In this document: one piece after another, positions 30,650-39,194 of the stretch | How positions within the stretch are numbered: position 1 is the stretch's first letter | Layout of the letters: each line of letters opens with the position of its first letter | Assembly (NCBI GenBank): GCA_965201075.1 | Contig: CBDAVP010000016.1 | Coordinates: forward strand, 248,001 to 312,000 | Origin: Isosphaeraceae bacterium | GTDB taxonomy: Bacteria > Planctomycetota > Planctomycetia > Isosphaerales > Isosphaeraceae | Length of the DNA: 64,000 bases | Reading direction: 5' to 3' | Notes under the pieces: generated by a model | Told to the model about the DNA's origin: nothing | Database searches by the model: none | What the model saw: the letters and a program-made list of their open reading frames with translations, nothing else | Program-made: the position numbers and the translations under genes

Positions 30650-32248
30650 TCAAGCGCGGGCGGCGAGGCTTCCCGTGCTGGTTTCGGGGACCTCGGGGGC
30701 GTTGGGGTCGAACCAGCGGGGGTCGAAGTCGATGCGGCGGGCTTGCTTCATGGCGAGGTTGCTGGTCAGGGCGATGACCGCGTCGGCCAGGGCGACCTCT
30801 CCCCGGCAGCGAGGCTGGAGGGTGGGGTCCTCGGGGTCGTGGTACTTCGAAGGGTTGCCGTTGCGGATGCAGTAGGCGAAGTGTTCGAGTTCCTCGCGAT
30901 AGCCCCGAGAGGGGGCGGCGGTGGCCAGGCCTCCCAGTGAGGAGGCGGCGGTGGGGCCCGAGGCGCTGGCGCTGGTTTCGACGGCGGGTTTGGACCCGGC
31001 TTTTTCGACGGTGTAGGTCGTCAGAGGGCTGGCTCCGGCGAGTGGCCTGTTTTTGTCGATCTCGTTGAAGAGGTAGAGGTCACGCTCCTCCTCGACGATC
31101 ATCGTCGCCTTGGTGCCGTAGAGTTCCTCGCCGTACTTCTCGAAGGCGTTGGTGTTGATCGACGAGTAGGAGACGACCACCCGCTCCCTGCCGGCGGGGT
31201 GGCCCTGGTCGTCGGTGTGGAGGGGGAACTCGAAGTTGACGAAGACGTGGTCGTCGACCTCGCGGCCGTCGTCGTAGAGGTAGTTGCCGCCGATGCCAGT
31301 GACGCAGATGGGGTGCTTCTTGCCCAGGAAGATGGAGCAGGCGTCGAGCTGGTGGCTACCGAGCTCGGCCATCAGGCCGGCTCCGGTGCGGTTGTAGAGC
31401 CGCCAGCGGACCAGTTCGTCGAGGCTTTTGTAGCCGTATTTGGCGAAGTCGACGTCCTTGTCCTTGAGGGGGATGTCGGGCTTCCAGCCGTCGAAGTAGA
31501 CAAGGTGGCCGGCGTCGTCGCGGACCAGGACCGGCTCGCCCTTGTCGTCATATTTGAGCGAGCCGTCCGGGTTCTTGGCGATGCGGGCCTGGCCGTTGTT
31601 GCGGTGCCAGAGGGCGCGGATGTGGCGGATTTCGCCGAGAAGGCCGGCGCGGACGAGTTGGTTGGCGTTGTCGTAGAGGACGGAGTAGTGCCGTTGGTGG
31701 CCGACGGCCAGGAGGACATTTTTTTCTCGGGCGACCTTGCACATGTTCTTGCACTGGGCCACCGAGTGGGCCATCAGTTTTTCGCAGAAGACGTGCTTGC
31801 CAGCCTGCATCGCCTTCACGGCGATCGGCTCGTGGAGCCAGAGCGGCAGGGCGATGACGACCATCTCGACGTTGGGGTCGGCCAGCAGTTCGTCGATGTC
31901 GGCGTAGCTTTTCAGTTTGTCGGCGTCGGCCTGGCCGTACTGCTTGTGCTTGGCGAACTCGTTTCGGGCACGGATTTGCTGGGAGGGGCGGATGTCGCAG
32001 AAGCCCACATACTCCACGTAGTCGCGGTTATGGTCGTGAATCATGGCGCCGCAACCTTCGTTGCCGGTGCCGATGATGGCGGCTCGGACGGGCTTGCCGC
32101 CAGTGAGTGCCCCATAACCGAAGTAGGCGGAGGCGACGGGGACGGCGACGGCGGCGGCCTTGAGGAAGTCTCGACGGGTGACGCCCAGGGCGGTGTCGGC
32201 GTTCTGGCGGCCCAGGGCCCTTTGTTCGGCGGTCAGTTGGCTGGTCAT
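30650..32248 (-). CDS. Gfo/Idh/MocA-family oxidoreductase with Tat-like signal
   Basis: TRRDFLKAAAVAV, IIGTGNEG, HVFCEK, VGHQR, ELGSHQLD. Confidence 0.9.
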   Translation of the reverse strand: MTSQLTAEQRALGRQNADTALGVTRRDFLKAAAVAVPVASAYFGYGALTGGKPVRAAIIGTGNEGCGAMIHDHNRDYVEYVGFCDIRPSQQIRARNEFAKHKQYGQADADKLKSYADIDELLADPNVEMVVIALPLWLHEPIAVKAMQAGKHVFCEKLMAHSVAQCKNMCKVAREKNVLLAVGHQRHYSVLYDNANQLVRAGLLGEIRHIRALWHRNNGQARIAKNPDGSLKYDDKGEPVLVRDDAGHLVYFDGWKPDIPLKDKDVDFAKYGYKSLDELVRWRLYNRTGAGLMAELGSHQLDACSIFLGKKHPICVTGIGGNYLYDDGREVDDHVFVNFEFPLHTDDQGHPAGRERVVVSYSSINTNAFEKYGEELYGTKATMIVEEERDLYLFNEIDKNRPLAGASPLTTYTVEKAGSKPAVETSASASGPTAASSLGGLATAAPSRGYREELEHFAYCIRNGNPSKYHDPEDPTLQPRCRGEVALADAVIALTSNLAMKQARRIDFDPRWFDPNAPEVPETSTGSLAARA

Positions 32249-33360
32249 CGGCGGGGGGCTCCCGGGTTGCGGTCGCGGGCGTGGGGAATCGTCACGGTGG
32301 TGGTGGGCGTGAACGTCTCTGCGTCCTGAGCGTTTCGACGGCCCCGGCCGATCCAGCCAAAAAGCAGCGCGTCCAGACCGAGCCAGAGGCCGTTGGGGGT
32401 GCTGGCCAGGACCAGGCAGGCGAGCATTTCGACGAGATTCTTGTTGACGTAGAGGTAGTGGCCCTCGACTGCGGCGCCTTCGGGCAGGCCGGGCCAGGGG
32501 GGCATGCTCAGGTAGATCATCGCCAGGAAGCCGGCGGCGGCCAAGGCGGCGACGGGAGTGAACAGGCCCAGCATCAGGCAGCCGCCGATGATGAGCAGAC
32601 CATAAGTCGTTTGCAGGTTCACCCGGTCGAGCGAGGAGGAATGGGAGGCGATCGCCCCGGCTTGCTGGACCTGCTCGGGCCTGGCCAGCTTGATCCAGGA
32701 ATCTCGCAGGGCGCCGGACCAGGCGTCGATGGTGGCGACCAACTCCCGGCGTTCGGTGTCGAGCTTCTTGCGGGCCGCTTCAACGCGCTCCTGCTCGAAC
32801 GTGACCGCGGGGGGTTCTTTCTCCAGCTTCGCCAGGCGGTCGATGTCCTCTCGGTAGAGACGGAGCTTGTGGATACGCTCGCCGTCGGAGAACCAGTCGT
32901 GGGCGGTCTTCTGAGTGGAGTTGAGGGCGGTTTCGGCCTCGGCGGACTGGGTGCGGCTGAACCCGTAGTGCTGGCGGACGACGTTCAACTCGTCGCGCCA
33001 ACTGGCGGTGAGGGTCGCCTCGTCGAGCTTTTTGAGTCCGTGGGGGTCGGGGATGAGTGCGCGGAACTTCGGGGCGAGGGGTCCGGTGGCGTTGCGGAGG
33101 TAGCCCTCGGCGGAGAAGTTCGCGCCGCCTCGGTCGGCGGAGTGAAGTTTCAGGTCGCCCTCATGGTAGAAGTGCCAGCCGATGGCGGTGCGTAGGAGGA
33201 TCAGGAACAGGGCCCCGAAAAATCCCGGATAGTAGCGTAGAGACGCGGCCAGGGGAGACCTCCTTTGGTCGATGGCTGGGGTGAGGGGCTTCTCAGCCGT
33301 GGGGATGAGGGGCGAAGGCGTGGCGGTCGAGGCCGAGGATTCGCAGACTGGGGGGATCAT
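32245..33360 (-). CDS. DoxX-family membrane protein with large periplasmic helical insert
   Basis: LLRTAIGWHFYHEG..K, FSAEGYL, IGGCLMLGLFT, YVNKNLVE; start uncertain. Confidence 0.85.
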   Translation of the reverse strand: MIPPVCESSASTATPSPLIPTAEKPLTPAIDQRRSPLAASLRYYPGFFGALFLILLRTAIGWHFYHEGDLKLHSADRGGANFSAEGYLRNATGPLAPKFRALIPDPHGLKKLDEATLTASWRDELNVVRQHYGFSRTQSAEAETALNSTQKTAHDWFSDGERIHKLRLYREDIDRLAKLEKEPPAVTFEQERVEAARKKLDTERRELVATIDAWSGALRDSWIKLARPEQVQQAGAIASHSSSLDRVNLQTTYGLLIIGGCLMLGLFTPVAALAAAGFLAMIYLSMPPWPGLPEGAAVEGHYLYVNKNLVEMLACLVLASTPNGLWLGLDALLFGWIGRGRRNAQDAETFTPTTTVTIPHARDRNPGAPRR

Positions 33361-34396
33361 TTGCCCTTTGCCCAGGTTCGACGAAGACCGCTCCGACGCC
33401 GGGGAACTGGTCCTGGATGGGCTCGATCGCGTCGGGGCCGAGCAGGTAGAAGGCGGTGGAAAGGGCGTCGGCCTCGGCGGCGGTTGGCGCCAGGACGGTT
33501 ACGCTCAAGGGGCCGTCGGCCGGCTGGCCGGTGCGGGGGTCAAGAATATGGCCGTAGGCACGCCCGTCGGCCACGAATTTTTGATAAGCCATGCCCGAGG
33601 TTCCCAAGCCCTGGTCGCGGAGGCGGAACGTGCCGAGGCTTCTCGATGGGTCGGTGGGGTCGGGGAGCGAGACTTCCCAGGACCCGCCGAGCGTCCCGGG
33701 TGGCGATCCGACGGCCAGCACGCTGGAACGCCCGCCGTGGAGCAGGGCTGGCGTCGGCCACCAGTGGTCGCGGATGACCTTTGCGGCGCGATCCAGGGCG
33801 TAGCCTTTTCCGAGGCTTCCCAGGTTCAGGATAATTCCAGAGCGGATGAATGCGACGGTCTGGCCGTAGGGGTCGAGGCGGACAAGTGGCTGTCCGGTTC
33901 GGTCGCGGGCGTGTTCGAGTTCCGCGGGGCTGGGGACTCGTCGAGGGCCGCGGGTGAAGCCCCAGGCGGCCGAGAGGGCGCCGGCGGTGACGTCGTAGGC
34001 CCCCGCGGTTCGGTCGTGGAGAACGCGGGCGGTTTCCAGGAGTGCGAACAAATCGGCCTCGATGGCGACCGGCCCGAGGTGGGCCGAGGCGTTGAGGCGG
34101 CTGATTTCGGAGTCGTCCCGGTAGATACTGAGGCGGGCTTCGAGGGTGCCGATGAGGTCGAGCGATCGGTTGGCCAAAGGCAGGGCGCCCGGGGCGTGGG
34201 CTGGGAGGAGGATTTCGAAGTAAGAGCCCATGCCGTCGCGGCGGGCCCTGAGGAGGTCGGCGCCGGCGGGTTGGGGTGCGGGTTGGGCAGGCCGACGAGG
34301 TCGGAAGAGGTCGCGACGGGTGACCTGGGGTTGGGGCGGACGCACGAGGATCGGCCTTTGGGGGGGCCAGGAAGCAGACCGCCCGAGACCTCTCAA
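33293..34396 (-). CDS. apbE: FAD:protein FMN transferase (ApbE family)
   Basis: MGS, SIYRDDSEISRLN, GAYDVT, NLGSLGKGYALD, GTSG, GHILDPRTG, ADALSTA; start uncertain (34396 or 34345). Confidence 0.92.
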   Translation of the reverse strand: MRGLGRSASWPPQRPILVRPPQPQVTRRDLFRPRRPAQPAPQPAGADLLRARRDGMGSYFEILLPAHAPGALPLANRSLDLIGTLEARLSIYRDDSEISRLNASAHLGPVAIEADLFALLETARVLHDRTAGAYDVTAGALSAAWGFTRGPRRVPSPAELEHARDRTGQPLVRLDPYGQTVAFIRSGIILNLGSLGKGYALDRAAKVIRDHWWPTPALLHGGRSSVLAVGSPPGTLGGSWEVSLPDPTDPSRSLGTFRLRDQGLGTSGMAYQKFVADGRAYGHILDPRTGQPADGPLSVTVLAPTAAEADALSTAFYLLGPDAIEPIQDQFPGVGAVFVEPGQRANDPPSLRILGLDRHAFAPHPHG

Positions 34397-34486
34397 GGCG
34401 GGTGTCGAGGCCCCGGGCCAATCTCGATCGTACCCAGCCCGGCCCCCGTCGGAAAGGGGCCGAGGCCGGGTTGACCGATTCGCCGA

Positions 34487-35557
34487 TCAGTACGAGTCGC
34501 TACTAATCACCTCGCCGAGGTTGCGGGTGGCTAGCGATCGCCAGGGGATGGGGTTGATGGAGGATTTGAGGAAGTGGACCGAGCCGTCGGCGAAGAGCAT
34601 GTTGGCGCCTCCGGGGTGAAGGCTCCAGTAGTCCTCGACATGGGCTTCGGGGTTGTTGATGGTGCGGGTGCCATCTTCCAGGCCGACGGGGCCCATGATC
34701 TGGGTCCAGGATTCCTCGGGAGAGGGGTCGAACTTGTCGGTTCCCCCCTCCAGCGGCGAGGTTTTGCCGAGCCAGCCGTCGATCGAGCGGGCGACCCAGG
34801 TGACGTAACTGAGGTTGTGACTGCGCTCGCCGACGGCGATGGTCGAGCTTGAGCCATCGGTGATGTCGGCGAAACTGACGTGGCTGTTGCGGTAGAACAT
34901 CCCGGCGTGGGTTCCCTCGGGCCCGGCGCCGTTGTTGTTGACCGAATCGAGGGACCCGGACTGCGCACAGATTTCGCCGATGCCGTACATCCCCACGTAG
35001 TTGCCGCGGGCCAGGGTGTCGACGACGTTGGCCGCCGAGTAGGTTCCGGGCTGGGCGGGGTCGGGCGGGTCGGCGAAGACCGGGATCGTGTCGGGGCCGA
35101 AGTCGGAGGGGCAGAGGTAGAGGTTGACCGTTGTCAGGCTGGCGGTGTCGTTCTGGTGGTAGGCGACCGAGAGGTTGAAGTTGATCGAGTTGTAGACCGG
35201 ACCCTGTTCCAGGTAGGGCAGGATCATGCTACCCCAGGCCCAGCCGGAACCAGTGTCGACCCCCTGGCCCGGGGTGTTCTCGGCGTCCTGGTTGCAGGCG
35301 TCGAGGACCGAGCGGTTGACGGCGCTGATGTATCCCGGCGGGAAGACGCCGGTGGCCGAGACGTAGTTGTGCAGGGCAACGCCGATCTGCTTGAGGTTGT
35401 TGGTGCACTGAGCGCGCCGGGCAGCCTCGCGGGCGGCCTGGACCGCCGGCAGGAGCAAACCGATCAAAACCCCAATGATGGCGATGACGACCAGCAATTC
35501 AATAAGCGTGAAGCCGCGAGCGCGGCGCCGTGGGAGCCTTGTCATGGGAGAATACAT
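34487..35557 (-). CDS. DUF1559 prepilin-type N-terminal cleavage protein
   Basis: RGFTLIELLVVIAIIGVLIGLLLPAVQAAREAARRAQCTNNLKQ, ITDGSS, SLHPGGANMLFADGSV. Confidence 0.96.
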   Translation of the reverse strand: MYSPMTRLPRRRARGFTLIELLVVIAIIGVLIGLLLPAVQAAREAARRAQCTNNLKQIGVALHNYVSATGVFPPGYISAVNRSVLDACNQDAENTPGQGVDTGSGWAWGSMILPYLEQGPVYNSINFNLSVAYHQNDTASLTTVNLYLCPSDFGPDTIPVFADPPDPAQPGTYSAANVVDTLARGNYVGMYGIGEICAQSGSLDSVNNNGAGPEGTHAGMFYRNSHVSFADITDGSSSTIAVGERSHNLSYVTWVARSIDGWLGKTSPLEGGTDKFDPSPEESWTQIMGPVGLEDGTRTINNPEAHVEDYWSLHPGGANMLFADGSVHFLKSSINPIPWRSLATRNLGEVISSDSY

Positions 35558-35705
35558 CCGGACGCCCGGCACGCGACGACTTGAGGGTCGCCCCGTTCTC
35601 TCGGGCTTCGAGCCGTTCCGAGGGGTAAAATCCACGCGTAAGGGACCGGATCGGCCGTCCTCAACCTTGAGGCGCGGCGCAATGTGAACTGGAGAAGTTC
35701 CCGGT

Positions 35706-36044
35706 TCAGGCGTGGGGAGGGGCTCGGCCGGTGGGTCTCGCGGTCCGGACCCGTTGGACGGTGGGGTTCGGAGTGTCATCCAGGGTGGCGACAAGTTCGG
35801 CGTGAAAATCGGTCGGGACGGTGGCGACCAGGGAGGACTGGGACCGTAACTGGCAGGAGAGGCAATCGTCCGGGTGGGGGGCGGCCGTCGTCGAGACGGG
35901 CGACTCAATGTGGGTCCGGCGCTCCTGGCAAGGGGCCAGGGTCGAGACCGGAGTGGGCGGGGTCTCTCCGTGGTCGTGGAAGCCCTGGGCCAGCAAGCCG
36001 GCCAGGACGTACCCGACAACCAGGGATAGCCGTCCCAACCGCAT
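35706..36044 (-). CDS. Small exported His/CxxC protein ending in RAPP (DUF2946/CruR/CutF-like leader)
   Basis: 112 aa: signal-like N-terminus, HDH, PHPDDCLSCQ, C-terminal GRAPPHA-stop. Confidence 0.8.
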   Translation of the reverse strand: MRLGRLSLVVGYVLAGLLAQGFHDHGETPPTPVSTLAPCQERRTHIESPVSTTAAPHPDDCLSCQLRSQSSLVATVPTDFHAELVATLDDTPNPTVQRVRTARPTGRAPPHA

Positions 36045-36568
36045 GGACAGGGCGCTCGTTGAGGCGAAAATGCGCGTTCGCCGAGGCGGACGACTCGGCA
36101 AAGGGGAGTGTCATGATGGCGGCCCGTCGGGCGGGGCGTCAAGGGACGAAGGGGGTCGGCCTCGGGAAAAGCGGAGTAATGAGGGCACTTTTCGACACCC
36201 CGCGGCAGGACCGGGGTTTGGGCTTGAGGAGGAATCGGGCTCGGGTTCCGACGTCTCCCCCCCTCCGAGGTGATGGATTGCTAGCCGGGCCTTCTCCCCA
36301 ACGCCTTCCTTGTGGGAGGGTGAGGCGGATGGGGCCTATCTTGTTTGTGGCTGCACTTTGCCAAAACTGACGTTTGTCGAGGGGCCAGCCAGTTCGGCCG
36401 AAGGTGCATTTGCAAGCTTCGCTTTCACCCGGCATCTCGTCTGGGATGCCAGGCTCTTTCGTGCCCCAACCGATTGGCCAGTCCGGATGTTGCAGCTCCT
36501 CTTCTGAGCGACACGCTCGGCAACGTCCGCAACGCCCTTCTTTCCTGACGTCAGTCAGGGCGTGCCGA

Positions 36569-37249
36569 TCATTTCCTGTACACGTAAATGTCAATTTTCG
36601 TCACCTTATTAAGCTCCGAGAGCCGCGGATAGATTTCACTCGCGGTCTTCTCGTCAACGCCAAATCGAATCTCCCTAAGGTTTCGGAGATGAGGAAATGT
36701 CTTTGCAAAGTCTGCGTTCACGCGACTGCCTGGGATCTCAAGAACCTCAAGATTTTCCATGCTACTCAAGTATTTCCAGTCTGTGGCGGGGATCTTTCCG
36801 CCAAGCAGAAAGTCGAAATGAAACTCTTTCAGCCCTTTCATCTTTCCGAGCGCCTCCAGTGCGCCCGCTTCCATGAGGCATTCTTCGCAATACAACTCCT
36901 TGACGGACTCCAGCGTGGAAATGTATTCCAGAAGGCGTTTATTGATGGTTGTCCTGCGGAGCGAAATTGCCTCCAGCTGACCGTAGCGAGACCACTTCGT
37001 CCAATCCTCCTTCTGATCGGCGACAACATCAGGCGGGCCAGAATATTCAAGATCATCCACCTGTTGTGTCTTGGGGGACCTATGGAAATTGAAGTTTTTT
37101 ACAATCTTGCCGTCGGCGCCGCGCAAAACGAACACGTCCTGCTCCGAGGTCTTTTCCGCCATGGTCTGGCCCAAGCCGGCTCTCGCAAGCCCCAAGATGG
37201 CCAAGGCAAAAACACAGAGTCTGTTGATGTGCTTTGTAGTCATTGGCAT
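36569..37249 (-). CDS. Secreted leucine-rich-repeat-like protein (passenger, lower GC)
   Basis: Signal peptide; about 24-aa LxxLxL periodicity (LEAISL, VKELYC, LKEFHF, LEVLEI, LREIRF). Confidence 0.7.
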   Translation of the reverse strand: MPMTTKHINRLCVFALAILGLARAGLGQTMAEKTSEQDVFVLRGADGKIVKNFNFHRSPKTQQVDDLEYSGPPDVVADQKEDWTKWSRYGQLEAISLRRTTINKRLLEYISTLESVKELYCEECLMEAGALEALGKMKGLKEFHFDFLLGGKIPATDWKYLSSMENLEVLEIPGSRVNADFAKTFPHLRNLREIRFGVDEKTASEIYPRLSELNKVTKIDIYVYRK

Positions 37250-37271
37250 TTCCCAAGTACTGTTCCCATCT

Positions 37272-38756
37272 CTGCACTTTGCCGGAACTGACGTTTGTCG
37301 AGGGGCCAGCCTCTTGAGATAACCCCCACCCTCCCGGCACGATCGTGGTTGCTACACGGCCACCATCACACCGAGGAGGGACGGGGGTGTTCACCTTCAA
37401 ACTCATTGACCCGTGGGCCGCCTGGGTCGCTGCTTTGGCCGCCCCACTCCACGGCCGCCTCGCCTGGAGATTGCCCACCATCGTCCTGGGCATCCTCCTG
37501 GCCAACGGCCGTCGCACCATCACCCGATGGTGGATCGCCGCCGGCATCAGCAAACGCTTCCGATCCTACTATTACAGCCTCGACTCGATCGGACGCAAGG
37601 CCCAGCCACTCGCCGCCGCACTCCTGAAGATCGTCCAGGAAGCCATCCCCAGCGACGGTCCGCTTGTCTTCGCCATCGACGACACCCCGACCCAGCGGTA
37701 CGGCCCCAAAGTTCAGGGAGCCGGCATCCACCACAACCCCTCACCGGGACCCGCCGGCTCCAACTTCCTCTATGGACACTGCTGGGTCACCCTCAGCCGG
37801 GTCGCTCACCATGCCCTCTGCGGTGTCATCGGCCTGCCGCTTCTGGCCAAGCTCTACGTCCGCAACAAGGACATCGCCGGCCTGCCAGCGAAGTCCGAGT
37901 TGAGCTTCGCCACCAAGCTGGAGAAGGCCGCCGAGATGCTCACCTGGCTTCGCAGTCAACTGCCAAAAGACACCCCGCCGGCCTGGGTCGTGGTCGATGG
38001 TGGTTACGCCAAAGCCGAGTTCCTCAAGCCGGCGATCGGTGCCGGCTTCGTGGTGGTCGCCCGACTCCGCAGGGACGCCGCTCTGTGCGACCTGCCGGCT
38101 CGACTCAAACCCGGCGAGAAGCGAGGCCGAGGCCGGCCGCCGAAGTACGGCAAAGCTCGCCTGAGCCTGGCCAAAAGAGCCGGGCAGCCCCGAGGCTGGA
38201 AGGACGTGACGATCAAGACGACCACGGGCCGGTCGCTGACCAGGCTAACCAAGACGTTCCTGGCGACCTGGCGACCGGCCGGCGGGGTGGTGCGGGTGGT
38301 GATCCTGAAGGATCGGCAGAAGTCGTGGCGAGCGTTCCTCTGCAGCGACCGGGAGGCGAGTGCCGAGGCGATCGTGCAGGCGGTCTTTGACCGCTGGGCG
38401 ATCGAGCAGAACTACCACGACCTGAAGGAGGTCGAGGGGATCGAGCAGGTGCAGTTACGTCGGTTGTGGTCCAACGTCGGGGCGATGAACCTGAGCCTGT
38501 GGGTGCACACGCTGGTGGAGATCTGGGCGTGGGGTCGGTCGGAAGCGTCGTTGAGCGACCGCAGTGATCGGCCGTGGGATGATGCCAGCCGGAGGCCATC
38601 GCATGGCGACAAACGCCTGGCGATTCAGCGGGAGATGGTGGCGGAGGAATATCGGCGGCTCGGGGTGCCGGAGCCGTGGTCGGAGAAAATCCGGCATCTG
38701 CTGGCGGGCAAAGTCAGTATGGCCGGATGACAAACGTCAGTTCCGGCAAAGTGCAG
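37272..38756 (+). mobile_element. Insertion sequence, IS701-like, 1485 bp
   Basis: Perfect 28-bp terminal IRs CTGCACTTTGCCGGAACTGACGTTTGTC (37272-37299) and reverse complement (38729-38756) around one transposase ORF. Confidence 0.92.
37387..38730 (+). CDS. DDE transposase (IS701-like)
   Basis: FAIDDT, YGHCWV, VVVDGGY, RLRRDAAL, GRPPKYG, RWAIEQ; GTG start after GAGGAGG; stop overlaps the right IR. Confidence 0.92.
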   Translation: MFTFKLIDPWAAWVAALAAPLHGRLAWRLPTIVLGILLANGRRTITRWWIAAGISKRFRSYYYSLDSIGRKAQPLAAALLKIVQEAIPSDGPLVFAIDDTPTQRYGPKVQGAGIHHNPSPGPAGSNFLYGHCWVTLSRVAHHALCGVIGLPLLAKLYVRNKDIAGLPAKSELSFATKLEKAAEMLTWLRSQLPKDTPPAWVVVDGGYAKAEFLKPAIGAGFVVVARLRRDAALCDLPARLKPGEKRGRGRPPKYGKARLSLAKRAGQPRGWKDVTIKTTTGRSLTRLTKTFLATWRPAGGVVRVVILKDRQKSWRAFLCSDREASAEAIVQAVFDRWAIEQNYHDLKEVEGIEQVQLRRLWSNVGAMNLSLWVHTLVEIWAWGRSEASLSDRSDRPWDDASRRPSHGDKRLAIQREMVAEEYRRLGVPEPWSEKIRHLLAGKVSMAG

Positions 38757-38772
38757 TTTGTGGAGGTTGGCC

Positions 38773-39102
38773 ATGAAACTCCGTGTGATTCTGCTGATGG
38801 TCGCGCTGGGCTCTTGGGGGATGGCTTCGAACGCCGAGGCGGCGGGACGTCGGGGCCGGAACTGGAACGGGATGATGTTGAGCCCCTACGGAGCGATCCC
38901 CAACCCCAGCTACACCGGCGCGGCTCGCGGACGCGGACGCGGACGCAATGCCATGACGCTCGAAGCTCGGAGAGAGCAGCAAGCCGCGCGGATGTTGAAG
39001 GCCCAGCAGAGGGCGAATCGGGCCTCTCAGAAAGGTTCAGCGGCGAAGGGAGGGACGGGTAAAGGCAAGGGGAAGACCGCCGAGGCGTCCTCCGAAAAGT
39101 AA
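38773..39102 (+). CDS. Small secreted basic hypothetical protein
   Basis: GGAGG RBS, signal peptide ending AEA, Arg/Lys/Gly-rich mature part. Confidence 0.7.
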   Translation: MKLRVILLMVALGSWGMASNAEAAGRRGRNWNGMMLSPYGAIPNPSYTGAARGRGRGRNAMTLEARREQQAARMLKAQQRANRASQKGSAAKGGTGKGKGKTAEASSEK

Positions 39103-39194
39103 TCGCCGGGCCGAGGGTGGGAGTTCGACTTTGCGTGTGGGTCGCGAGAGCCGATTCCCTGTTCCTCGGCCGCGGTGAGTTCCGGAAGACGGCT

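Larger units (their letters stand above)
36351..38756 (+). mobile_element. 2406-bp transposed unit: outer left end + passenger gene + complete IS, flanked by TTTGTGG direct repeats
   Basis: 36351-36390 matches 37272-37311 at 38/40; TTTGTGG at 36344-36350 and 38757-38763. Confidence 0.8.

Noticed and set aside
36390..36409. Degenerate right IR (cagttcggccgaaggtgcat) making the outer end a tiny MITE
   Set aside because: Only loose gapped similarity and no flanking duplication; the 7-bp duplication pairs with the distal right IR instead
36374..37291. 305-aa plus-strand ORF across the passenger region
   Set aside because: Antisense to the ORF with a signal peptide and LRR periodicity; no recognisable features
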